NCBI RefSeq assembly: GCF_006345805.1
Contig: NC_043017.1
Coordinates: 5,208,001 to 5,272,000, forward strand
Length of the DNA stretch: 64,000 bases
Source: Octopus sinensis
Taxonomy: Eukaryota
Reading direction: 5' to 3'
The stretch's first letter is position 1. The number at the start of each line of letters is the position of its first letter. The position numbers and the translations under genes were made by a program. Shown one piece after another: positions 50,312 through 62,403 of the stretch. The notes under the pieces were generated by a model. The model was not told the origin of the DNA. It was given only the letters and a program-made list of their open reading frames with translations, and ran no database searches.

Positions 50312-51225
50312 GTGCTGTTTAGCCTAGGTCAATTCTGCTCCAGCAGACTTAGGATCAAAGACATTCGAACCATGACCATCTTGTCTGTTTTGCATATCTG
50401 CGACTGTTATTCTCCAACGTGTTCTTCCTTTAAGCCCCAGTACGGTGCTTTTCGGTTGCTATTTCTAGCAGGGACTTTCTCTCTTGGTAGTGTTGTTTCT
50501 TTAACCACCGGTCTGCTCTCATGCAGCTTACCTATGATCAACGATGTTTCAGCCACGACAGTCTTATTTTTAAACCAAATATATCTAGGACTCCATTATC
50601 TACCATGTCCTTCCTAAAAGCAATAGTGTTATCTGATATAGTTTTCGCTGCTATTTCAAGCTTATTGGGTGACCATTTACAAGTTGGCATAAAAGTTCCC
50701 TTTAGGAATTGTTTTGGAATCACTTGTTTAATTCTAGGTCAGTTCTGTTCAAGTAGATTTAAGATAGAGAGCCATTCCAACCATGGCCACTCTAACTTTT
50801 TCTGTACCAAGGGCTACATTATCTGACGTAGCTTTCCTTCCGGATAATACAAAATGATTTCAGGGAAATTTGGCTGCTATTTTTAGCCGGTGGCATGCTC
50901 ACGTAGGGTGTGTGTGTGTGTGTGTAGGCTGCAGATATGGCCCGAGGTCGAGCGGTTAAGAAATTCGTTTTATTATTATCATTAGTGAAAAGGTTCAATC
51001 TGACTGCGTAGCGCCCGGAGCAAAAGTATCTTTTAAGCTCAGCCACGAATCGGACCCTAACCTACACAAGAGAAAGCCTCTGCTAGAAATAGCAACCGAA
51101 AAGCACCGTACAGGGGCTTAAAGGAAGAACACATTGGACAATAACAGTCGCTGATATACAAAACAGACAAGATGGTCATGGTTCGAATGTCTTTGATCCT
51201 AAGTCTGCTGGAGGCTAAACAGCAC
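50312..51225. repeat. Inverted pair of SINE family G copies
   Basis: 50341-50471 versus the reverse complement of 51080-51210: 131 bp with 5 mismatches. Outer 14-bp arms at 50312-50325 and 51212-51225 also pair. Older family G pieces lie in the spacer. Confidence 0.92.
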
Positions 51226-51994
51226 GAAAAGTGTCCGTTTGACCCAGCCCCAAATCTTCACATGACAAAATGAATGAACAATAATACGAATATGAAATGA
51301 ACACCAGTTCGATTCTTAGCAGGATTTCTAAATATACCGTCTCTGGCTGTCAGCCTTTCCGTCTGGTTCTGTATATTTCTAAGGCGGAAAACTGCGAATA
51401 GATTAATGGATATCCACTGATTCCTCTCAAAAATTTTCCTGCCTTTCTCCCCACTCTCTCTCTCTCTCACGTTTACCTTAGCCTTTCTCTCTTATGCACA
51501 CATTAGTCTCTTTCTTTCACCCTTCCTCCCACCACCTCATAAACATACGTTCCTCTCTTCCCCTCCCCGTTAACAAACATATCTGTAAAATCTATTTATC
51601 TCTCTTCGGATTTGACCGGGAAGACTCCGGTCTCGACCTATCAGGGGCGGTGCTGGTGGGGCTTTATGGGAAAATAATTCCATTTCCTCTCTGCTGGCTC
51701 CTTAAAAATACACACACACATACACCACATATACATACATTTTTATATACGCAACACACAATTATATTTAAATTCCGTGTGTAACAAACGTTTTATCGAT
51801 TCCCAGGTTTTCTCGTCTTCGTCGCATTTTGATAGATCTTCGTGTTTCGTAAACCCTTTCATCATTTGAGAGAAACAGGGTCTTTAACATAATTGTAGAT
51901 TTTATAGGGTCTGATACTAAATAGTGTTTATTAAATAACACACATATTAAAGTACGTACATACATACATGCAATCGTACAATCTGTTATTTGTT

Positions 51995-52349
51995 CAGCTA
52001 TTAGATTGCGGCCATGCTGGGGCACTGCCTTCAAGGGTTTTAGTACCTTTTTTTAAAGCTTGGTTCTTATTCTATCGGCGTTTTCTGCCGAACTGTTAAG
52101 TCACTGGGGACATAAACAAACCGACACTGCTGGTCAAGCAGTGGTGGGAGACGAAACGCAAGGAGACACACATAGATATAAGCATATATACAACAGGCTT
52201 CTTTCAGTTTCCGTCTCCCGGATCCGCTCACAAAGCTTTGTTCGGCTCGAAGCTATGAGAGAGGACACTTGCCCAAGGTTGCTACGGAAGGGCATTGAAC
52301 CCGGAACCATCTGGTTAGGAAGCAAACTTCTTACCACACAGTGACTATC

Positions 52350-52399
<50 letters not shown>

Positions 52400-52598
52400 T
52401 CTTTTATTTGTTTCAGCCATTTGACTGCGGCCATGCTGGAGCACCGCTTTTAGTCGAACAAATCGACCCCCAGGACTTATTCTTTGTAAGCCTAGTACTT
52501 ATTCTATCGGCCTCTTTTGCCGAACCGCTAGATTACGGGGACGTAAACACACCAGCATCGGTTGTCAAGCGATGGTGGTGGTGGGGGCAAACAAATAA

Positions 52599-52629
<31 letters not shown>

Positions 52630-52672
52630 CGACGAGCTTCTTTCAGTTTCCGTTTACCAAATCCACTCATGG
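51995..52672 (-). mobile_element. Two tandem family A SINEs
   Basis: Copies at about 51995-52342 and 52398-52672 (the second is 5'-truncated). Confidence 0.85.
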
Positions 52673-52960
52673 GGTGGTCATCTTTTGCCGATTGTGTGTA
52701 TATGTACACACACACACACTCCGTCGCATATAGCGAATTGTGAGCATAAAACAGTGTGTATTATTAATAAAATGGTAGCATAACATTAATTAAAACAGCT
52801 CGAAAACACCGGATCTTGTTAAATTTCTTCCAACCACTTCAAGTATTTCAAATTTTCACCAGATTATTATTTTCAAAAACAACGAGGGAAAAACGAAACG
52901 CAGAGGAAATTTAACAAAACAACACACATACACTCACACGTACGTATGTATGTAAGTATG

Positions 52961-52999
<39 letters not shown>

Positions 53000-53134
53000 C
53001 GGAGTAAACACATAAATGTGAAACAAGGTGGAAAAAAGAGTACTCAAATAACAGTGGTAGAGTAATATAAAGTATATAAATATGTATATATAGATGTATA
53101 TATATATATGTGTATATATATATATGTATATATA

Positions 53135-53187
<53 letters not shown>

Positions 53188-53502
53188 ATAATGGCCTGTT
53201 TATTATACACAAGAACTGAAGACCGACGTAGTTTTCTTTCGCTTTTTAACCCGTGACATTCAACTACACTTTGTTCTTTCTCTCTTTCTCTCTCTCTCTC
53301 TCTGCCCCTCCCCTCCCCACTTTACTAAGAGTCTCATTTAATACATTTGTCTGTCTGTCTGTCCCACTATCGTGTCGTCGTTGACATTTAGGTGACATGC
53401 TTAATTTGCATTCAAGCACCTTGTTTCCAACAAAATATCAGCCTAGCTTACAGCACCACCGACACCGCTTCTGTTCTGTATGTATGTGTATGTGCGTGTG
53501 TC

Positions 53503-53534
<32 letters not shown>

Positions 53535-54335
53535 AGAGACGGAGGTAAACACGACCCACTCCCATCTCAATGTCTGTGTGTCACACTACGATCTTATAAC
53601 GAAGAAAACCTTTCTGTAAGTGTTTTTTTTTTTATATAGTTGATAAATAAAATACATGAGAACAGGGATGGGTCTCTGGGTGGCTGGGTGGATATTTTCA
53701 ACTAAATTTCTTTATTTCTTCCTGACAAGGATTCACTGCCTCACCCACCCAACCATGACTTCCACAAACCAGCACTGCTTCACCCCCTCTACATGCCACC
53801 ACCATCACCACTACACGCCATCATTATATTCGTATTGTTGTTCTCCTGTCATTATTACAAGTTGCTGTAATATGTAATGTGTTGTAATATTCTGTGGTGC
53901 CCTGATGGCAGTTAAATACTTTTCCTCCATTGATGATTAATAATATGTTCCCCAGTTAATTACTGGTAGTAAACTACCAGTTAATTACAGTCAAGTTGTT
54001 TTGCTTACTTGTGCTTTTTTTTTATCAATGTTGACCATCATCTTGGACAGTTGTTCTTTTGATCACACATCCCGAGTGTCTTCTACAATGGCGCTGGGTT
54101 GACCAATGCCCTGTGAGTGAAGGTGGTAGACGGAAACTGTGTAGAAGTCCATCATATATGTATATATGCATAGAGTCTTTTACAAAAAGGTTCCGAGCCC
54201 AGTCCCACTACGTAGGACTTGTCCAAGGTGCCCAAGACACTTGCCCAAGATGCAAGTGTCTTGTACTATAGCCTCAGGCTGACCAAAGCCTTGTGAGTGG
54301 ATTTGGTAGACAGAAACTGCAAGAAACCCCTTGTG

Positions 54336-54370
<35 letters not shown>

Positions 54371-54371
<1 letters not shown>

Positions 54372-54563
54372 AAGTTAATCCAAACAAGAAAGCACAAAAA
54401 AACACAACAACGCGAGGACGTGGAACAAATATAGTATTATTGGACGCTCAGGAAGGAAGGAAGGTTTAACGTTTCGAGCGGAGCTCTTCGTCAGAAACAT
54501 AGGAAACGGAAAGATCCAAAGAAGGGAAGACGGAGGAAAAAAATCGCCAACGGTACACACGTG
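54371..54563 (-). mobile_element. Penelope-like element fragment inside a family A SINE microsatellite
   Basis: Unique 190-bp insert between the (TA)n tracts of the SINE at about 54095-54770. It carries a minimal hammerhead of the type reported in Penelope-like repeats. Confidence 0.7.
54464..54498 (-). ncRNA. Minimal type I hammerhead ribozyme motif
   Basis: GUUU-CUGACGA-A-GAGC-UCC-GCUC-GAAA-CG-UU-AAAC: conserved core, 4-bp stem I, 4-bp stem II, and a palindromic ACGU in place of stem III. Confidence 0.7.
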
Positions 54564-55392
54564 ATATATATATGTGTTGTGTTTGTCCTCTCCAACATCG
54601 CTTGACAACCGATGCTGGTGTGTTTACGTCACCGTAACTTGGCGGTTCGGCAAACGACACCAATGGAAATAAGTACAAGGCTTACAAAGAATGAGTCCTC
54701 GGGTCGATTTGACTCGACTAAAGGTGGTGCTCCAGCATGGCCGCAGTCAAATGACTGAAACAAGTATATGAATAAAGGAACATGTACATACATACACACA
54801 TACATGCATACGCACACACTTACACAGGCAAACACTGAGCTGTTGTATGTGTTGGCAAGGTTTACCTTTTATCAGCAGCAATTAGCCTACAGTCCCCCCT
54901 GCACTCACCCATCCCCTTTCCCACTCACCCTCCTCCTTCTCCTCATCCTCCTCCCACCGCCATCTCCCCTCAACTGTAGTAGGGGGTTTAAAGAAGGAGC
55001 TGAGACCCTTTTAAATCTAGTCTGAGCATCAGCTGATTCTGACTCACAGGGTCAGTCGCTCCCCACACATCCACCTGTCTCAGTCTATCTATATACAATG
55101 CCTGCGTGTATATATGTATGTATGTATACACACACACACACACATTGTACATATACAATATGTGTGTGTGTGCGTGTGAATATACATATTGTGTGTATGT
55201 GTACATATATATTATTTTATTCTTTTACTTGTTTCAGTCATTTGACTGCGGCCATGCTGTAGCACTGCCTTTAGTCAAGGACTTATTCTTTGTAAGCCTA
55301 GTACTTATTCTATCGGTCTGTTTTGCCGAACTGCTAAGTTACGGGGACATAAACACACCAGCATCGGTTGCCAAGCGATGTTGGGGAGACAA

Positions 55393-55429
<37 letters not shown>

Positions 55430-55447
<18 letters not shown>

Positions 55448-55727
55448 ATATATATATGACAGGCATCTTTCAGTTTCCTTCTACCAAATCCACTCACAAG
55501 GCTTTGGTCGGACACTTGTCCAAGGTGCCACGCAGTGGGACTGAACCCAGAACCATGTGGTTGGGAAGCAAGCTTCTTACCACACCGCCACTCCTCTGTG
55601 TGTGTATATATATATATACACATACACACTGAACATCATAGTAAAGCTATTGGCTAAATGTTGTATGAAGACATGTAGGTATGTGTACGTGCATAACGTG
55701 TGTGTGTGTGTGTGTATGTGTGTGTGT

Positions 55728-55760
<33 letters not shown>

Positions 55761-56147
55761 AGAAGTGTTGAGAGCTGTAACAGCTTTCAAATATTGAATC
55801 ATGTTTTTGTTTGTTTTTTTCATATTTGAGCTTAGTGAGGGTGTTGGTGGTGGGGTAGGTGATAGGGAGACTACAAACAGCAGTGTACTCAGAAGAGATG
55901 CCTGAGTGTATTTGTGAATGTGTGTGTGTGTGTGTGTATGTATATATGTGTGTGTATGAATATATGTATATGTATGTATATATATGTGTGTATGTATATG
56001 TGTATGTTTGTTTGTGTGTATGAATCTGTGTGGCTGTGAGTGATTATAGATGAAGCTGTGTAAATATATGTTAATGTGTGTGTATGAATGTATATAGGAC
56101 TGTGTATGTGTGTGATTGTATGAATTTTTTACTGTCTGAGTGTGTGA

Positions 56148-56198
<51 letters not shown>

Positions 56199-56905
56199 CA
56201 GGCATCTTTCAGTTTCCTTCTACCAAATCCACTCACAAGGCTTTGGTCGGACACTTGTCCAAGGTGCCACGCAGTGGGACTGAACCCAGAACCATGTGGT
56301 GGGAAGCAAGCTTCTTACCACACCGCCACTCCTCTGTGTGTGTATATATATATATACACATACACACTGAACATCATAGTAAAGCTATTGGCTAAATGTT
56401 GTATGAAGACATGTAGGTATGTGTACGTGCATAACGTGTGTGTGTGTGTGTGTATGTGTGGTGTGTGTGTGTGTGTGGTGTGTGTGTGTGTGTGTGAGAA
56501 GTGTTGAGAGCTGTAACAGCTTTCAAATATTGAATCATGTTTTTGTTGTTTTTTTCATATTTGAGCTTAGTGAGGGTGTTGGTGGTGGGGTAGGTGATAG
56601 GGAGACTACAAACAGCAGTGTACTCAGAAGAGATGCCTGAGTGTATTTGTGAATGTGTGTGTGTGTGTGTGTATGTATATATGTGTGTGTATGAATATAT
56701 GTATATGTATGTATATATATGTGTGTATGTATATGTGTATGTTTGTTTGTGTGTATGAATCTGTGTGGCTGTGAGTGATTATAGATGAAGCTGTGTAAAT
56801 ATATGTTAATGTGTGTGTATGAATGTATATAGGACTGTGTATGTGTGTGATTGTATGAATTTTTTACTGTCTGAGTGTGTGAATATATATATATATATAT
56901 ATATA
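55430..56905. repeat. Near-identical tandem duplication, about 735-739 bp
   Basis: GACAGGCATCTTTCAG starts at 55458 and 56197. The copies differ essentially only in small indels and microsatellite length. Confidence 0.95.
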
Positions 56906-56917
56906 TATGTATCATAT

Positions 56918-57282
56918 CAGGAGTGGTTGTGTGGTAAGTAGCTTGCTTCCCAACCACATGGTTCCAGGTTCAGTCTCACTGTGTGGCACTTTGGGCAAGT
57001 GTCTTCTACCATAGCCTCGGGCTGACCGAAGCCTTGTGAGTGGATTTGGTAGACGGAAACTGAAAGAAGCCCGTCGTATATATGTGTGTGTCTGTGTTTG
57101 TCCCCGCAACATTGCTTGACAACTGATGTTGGTGTGTTTACGTCCCCGTAACTTAGCAGTTCGGCAAAAGAGGCCGATAGAATAAGTACAAGGCTTACAA
57201 AGAATAAGTCCTGGGGTTGATTTGCTCAACTAAAGGTGGTGCTCTAGCATGGCCACAGTCAAATGACTGAAACAAGTAACAG
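56918..57282 (+). mobile_element. SINE family A, full length
   Basis: Full-length match. Confidence 0.9.
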
Positions 57283-57569
57283 AATATATACGGGTATACT
57301 GTATGTGTGTGTAAACGGTCAACAGGAATGGATATATGGGAAAGTTCCTTTGATGTCTTCATTCTCCCCACCTCCCACTTCACCTCACTACCACCACCAC
57401 TCCTGTCCCTCTCACTTTTCCTCCTACTGCATCACCTCCCCTGGCCCCTCCACCATACAGCCATACCACCAGCATCCAGTCTGTTTATGGTTCACTGAGA
57501 TCTGGAATCTGTTGAAATCATTAACCAAAACGAAATTTTTTGATGCCAGCCCATAGAGTAGGCAGGATG

Positions 57570-57725
57570 TATATACAGTTCATGTGTAGAAAGAATGTAT
57601 ACACAGTTCATGTGTAGAAAGAATATGTACATAGTTAGTGTATAGTAAAAGTACGGATGTACAGTTCATTTATATACAAGTCATGTGTAGAAAGTGTGTA
57701 TATTTACAGTTCATGTGTAGAGACA
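57570..57725. repeat. Short degenerate, approximately 28-bp tandem repeat
   Basis: TACAGTTCATGTGTAGAAAG-like motif recurs about five times. Confidence 0.8.
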
Positions 57726-58487
57726 ATGTGTGTGGTGTGGCTGTGTGGTAAGAAGCTTGTTTCCCAATCACATGGTTCTGGGTTCAATCCCACAGTGTGG
57801 CACCTTGGGCAAGTGTCTTCTGCTATAGCCTCAGGGACAAACACACACACACACAAATACACACATACATATACATTTGTTTATCACCTGACAAGATACA
57901 TCTGCACCACCAGATAGTCCTGAATCAGTTTTTGTGCGTCGCACAAGAGGCATCGATGATAGATGTGTCAAAACAATTTTTGTGATTAATAATATATTCT
58001 CGTATATTCCATCTTGTATATTCCATTTGCTTGTGCAAATGTATATGCATGTGTTTGAGAGAAAGAGAGAGTGTGTGTGCAAGTGTACATGTGTATGTAT
58101 CTGAATATATGTGTGTGTGTGTGTGTGTGTATGCGGCGTGCGTCTCCTTCGTTTGTTTATCAATGTCGATAACGCAGCAAATGATTTTAGCTCAAATGCT
58201 GGCAATTCATTGGTTAAAATTCGAAGAATTAAACTACGTTAAACTTACAAATTACAATTTTCTCAAAAAAGCCAAGTGAAAATAATGTTTTCTTTTCACA
58301 CATTCTACCAGTATACGAAGTTTCAAATTGTTTAGTTAACTAGAAAATTCCGTCCATCAAAAGGAAAAGATCCCCATCTTCTGTCTTTCAATTGTTATTT
58401 ACCTAACGATCACTCTGAAGTTGAACATGCTTTACCAGTAAGCTACCCGGTGTAAACCATTCGTTTTATTATCACATATGTATACAT

Positions 58488-58652
58488 ATACAACAGGCTT
58501 CTTCCAGTTTCCATCTACCAAATCCACTTACAAGGCTTTGGTCAGCCCAAGGCTATAGTAGAAGACACTTGCCCAAAGTGCCATGCAGTGGGACTGAACC
58601 CAGGACCATGTGATTGCTAAGCAAGCTACTTACCACACAGCCATTCGTGCCT
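58488..58652 (-). mobile_element. SINE family A 5' half
   Basis: Match to the head and CORE-like block. Confidence 0.85.
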
Positions 58653-59607
58653 ACACAAAATATTTTAATTTTCTTAACCAATTCCTGATAATATTTAATT
58701 GTAAATATAGAATAGCAGGGTTTTTTTTTTTAACATCAAATGCCTGTGAGGGTTCATCTGATTAAAATAAGAATCCAAGGGGATCATAGATAAAAAAAAA
58801 GTTGGTTGAGAATCAAGGCACCAAAGGAAGAATCCTCCAAGAATATTTTAACCTCAAAACCTAGTGAGTTGCCTGAGGTTATGGAGTGGAGTTTAAATGA
58901 CCTGCTTGCTGTCGAGGTCAACAGAGCAGAAACAGTTCCGGTTGAGAGAATTTTGGTCAGTGGTGTGAGGATGGGAGTGGTGAGTGAGAGAGAGGAACTC
59001 TCAGAGAAACACTGCTTTACATTGTTTTCTCTTTTTTGTTAATTTTTTCTTTATTTTGTTCTTTATTTATTTAATTTTTTATGAATCCAAAGTAGTGTAG
59101 AATAAATGTAGATTATTTTGAACCCCTTTCTGAGAGGTTTTAGCAGACAGGGGTAGGATATATTCAGGACTGAATTAGGGTTCACCTCTCTGTCAGTAGC
59201 AAATATTTCAAAGTGACCAAGGGAGCTTCTTACCTAGCTGTTCAATTTGCTAGAAATAACAACCAAATCCTCTCCCCCTCCCTCCACATTACACACTGAC
59301 ACTCCTGGAATTCTGGTCCAGGGTCATCTCAAGGCTGAACAACAACAACATTTACTGTGTAGGTCAGAATGAATAAGAGCCTTAAGAATTAATCCATTAT
59401 TGGGAATATAGACATGGGCATGGCTGTGTGGTCAGGCTCACTTTGCAGCCATGTGGTTTTCAGTTCAATCCTGCTACAGGGCACCTTGGGCCAGTTTCTT
59501 TTTCCATGTGTAATGCGCAATATTTGTGTGTGTGTGTGTGCGCAAGGTCATGCAATGTTGGTAAACAAAACAATCATTTTAAGATTCAAGTTGTTTATAT
59601 ACACACG

Positions 59608-60290
59608 TGGCACCAGTGTGGTTAAGAAGTTTGATTGCCAACAACATAGTTCCTGGTTCAATCCCACTGCATGGCACCTTGGATAAGTGTTTTCTACTTT
59701 GGCCTTCAGCCAATCAAAGCTTTGTAAGTGGATTTGGGAGATGGAAACAACAAGAGACCCATTGTGTGTGTGTGTATGTGTTTTATGTTTGTCCCTCAGC
59801 ACTTCTTGATGACTGGTGTTGGTTTGTGAACATCCTCATAACTTCATAACTTAGCAGTTTAGCAAAGCGTTGGTTGGATGGTTCAACTGGGGTCTGGGAA
59901 GCCCAAAGGCTGCACCAGGCCCAGTCTAATCTGGCAGTGTTTCTACAGATGGATGCCCATCCTAACGCCAACCACTCCATGAGTGTAGTGGGTGCTTTTT
60001 ACGTGCCACCGACACAGGTGCCAGACGATGGTGCTTTTTACGTGCCACCGGCACGGAGGCCAGTCGATGTGGCGCTGGCTATGGCCACGTTCGGATGGTT
60101 CTCTTACGTGCCACTGGCACTGGTATCACAGCTGCAAATTCCATTGATGTTGATCGATTTCGATTTTGAACAACAGCAATAATAATAATAATAATAATAA
60201 TACTGGGGTCAATTTGTTCCACTAAGCCTTTCAAGGTGGTGCTATAGCATGGTCGCAGTCCTGTGATTGAAACAAGATACTAAAAATGAA
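59608..60290. mobile_element. Family A SINE (+) interrupted by a family D SINE (-)
   Basis: Family A at about 59608-59865 and 60200-60290; family D at about 59868-60175. Confidence 0.8.
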
Positions 60291-60357
60291 AAGATGACAT
60301 GCATTCATACAAACATCATGGTACAGAGTATTCAGTACTTCAAGTTGAGTAAATATT

Positions 60358-60854
60358 CTTTTTCTATTCTAGGCACAAGGCCCGCAATTTTGGGGGATGT
60401 GGAGGAGGGGGCAGTCAATTAGATCAACCCCAGTACACAACTGGTACTTTATCGATACTGAAAATAACTTTTTTCTACTCTAGGCACAAAGCCTGCAATT
60501 TTGGGGGAGGTGGGGGGGCAGTCGATTAGATCAACCCCAGTACGCAACTGGTACTTTATCGATACTGAAAGTAATTCTTTTCTACTCTTGGCACAAAGCC
60601 TGCAATTTTGGGGGGGAGGTGGATGGGGCAGTCGATTAGATCAACCCACGTACACAACTGGTACTTTATTGATACTGAAAGTAATTCTTTTCTACTCTTG
60701 GCACAAAGCCTGCAATTTTGGGGGGAGGTGGGGGCAGTCGATTAGATCAACCCCGGTATGCAACTGGTAGTTAATTTTATTGACCCCAAAAGTATGAAAG
60801 GCAAAGTTGACCTCGGTGGAATTTGAACTCAGAACGTAAAGACAGATGGAATAC
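60358..60854 (-). mobile_element. 5'-truncated family C SINE with four tandem 3' modules inside one TSD
   Basis: 14-bp TSD GTTGAGTAAATATT at 60344-60357 and 60855-60868. GGCACAA recurs at 60372, 60483, 60590 and 60700. Confidence 0.88.
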
Positions 60855-61504
60855 GTTGAGTAAATATTGGAGTCCTGTAAAAAGCTTTAACTTATTACAG
60901 ATCCTCCACAGTTCATTTACTATCTGATGATTGCCATCTGGAAAGAAAACTGAAGTAATAAGAATGTAACCAACCATAACTGAAACATCAATATTTTGTG
61001 TGTGTGTGTGTGTAAGGCAGGGAGAGGGAGACACACACACACATATATCTTTGAAAATTCAACTTCTTTTCTCTCAACTGGATTTCACTTTTGAAGTATG
61101 GTACCATTCTTCAGTCTCACGCATATTAATTACTCTGCTGCAAGAACTGGAGAAGCGAAAGAAATGGCGGGAAGAAGAGACGTAAAGAAGGAGGAAGAGG
61201 AGGGGATTTAAATGGAAGAATCTTCTTGAAAATTATTGGTTCTGTGGAAGCAATGTTGTAAACATTTGACTACGGGGGAATTATTACGTAAATATTTTAG
61301 AATTAGTTCATTGCTCTGTGTGTGTGTGTGTGTGTGTGTGTGTAGCACCGAGTTGGCTTAGTGGATCCTGTGTTTCATATTGTTACCATATGTCTTTCTA
61401 ATTGCTAGAAATAGGACTCACCCCCCCCCATACACACAAAAATCTACCTGAAATCACACCCTTCCAGCTTTTTGGGGTCAAAATAATAAAAAAAAAAAAC
61501 ACTG

Positions 61505-61965
61505 TACCAGCAAGTGTCTTCTACTATAGCCCTGGGCCAACCCCATGCCTTGTCAGTGAGTTCACTTGATGGAAACTGAAAAAAGCCTGTCGTATATATA
61601 TAATATATATATATATATATCATCATCATCATCGTTTAATGATGCTAGCATGGGTTGGACGGTTCAACTGGGGTCTGGGAAGCCAGAAGGCTGCACCAAG
61701 CCCAGTCTGATCTGGCAGTGTTTCTACAGCTGGATGCCCTTGTATATGTCTGTGTGTCTGTGTTTGGCCCCCCAACATCGTTTGACAACCGATGCTGGTG
61801 TGTTTACATCCCCATAACTTAGCAGTTCGGCAAAAAGTGACCGATAGAATAAGTACTAGGCTTACAAAAAAATAAGTCCTGGGGTCAATTGGCTCGACTA
61901 AAGGCGGTGCTCCAGCATGGCCACACTCTAATGACTGAAACAAGTAAAAGAGTAAGAAGAGAGTA
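61505..61965. mobile_element. Family A SINE (+) with a family D fragment (-) in its central microsatellite
   Basis: Family A middle at about 61505-61600, family D at about 61620-61740, family A 3' half at about 61745-61965. Confidence 0.8.
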
Positions 61966-62142
61966 AAACAAGTGCTCTTCGTATGTGGCGCCACTGTGTC
62001 CATAACTACAGCTTTGTGTAGATTGTAAATATTCATTCAGTCACACACACACACACATATATTCACACACAAACATATATGTATATGTGTGTGTGTGTTT
62101 GTGTGTAATTAGCTGTTTTAGATGAGCTGAAATATCTAGTAG

Positions 62143-62403
62143 TCATCATCATCGTTGTTCGACCATGGTCGAGACAATGGAATTTACCATGCTACGCCAG
62201 ACTTCACGGTCCATCATGGCATTACGGAGGTCCTGTTGCTGGATGCCTGTATCCCTGGAGATTACATCAGGGTAGGAGAGTGTGCACCCTCTGGTATTGC
62301 GAGTAGATGGCTTCCAGAGGAGGAGAGTAGAAATTACCCCATTTTCAGCCCTACAACAATGTCCAGCAAACTGGACTCTCCTACCTTTCACAAGAGATGA
62401 TAC
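62143..62403 (-). mobile_element. 5'-truncated RTE/RTEX-type LINE (ORF C-terminus plus (GAT)n tail)
   Basis: Uninterrupted VSSLVKGRRVQFAGHCCRAENGVISTLLLWKPSTRNTRGCTLSYPDVISRDTGIQQQDLRNAMMDREVWRSMVNSIVSTMVEQR*, a typical RTE-group ending. TSD AGTAG at 62138-62142 and 62404-62408. Confidence 0.88.

Noticed and set aside
54996-55062. GAGCTGAGACCCT... hairpin resembling miR-125/lin-4
   Set aside because: Only CTGAGACCCT matches, the seed-side 5' end differs, and the fold has a large asymmetric internal loop unlike a Drosha substrate.
58806-59042. Protein-looking ORF (IKAPKEESSKN...)
   Set aside because: No ATG start or good acceptor. The opposite strand faintly resembles a decayed CR1/L2-type LINE end (HSHPHT...SL.RNCF..SVDL), so an antisense shadow is at least as likely. 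Neither reading is supportable.
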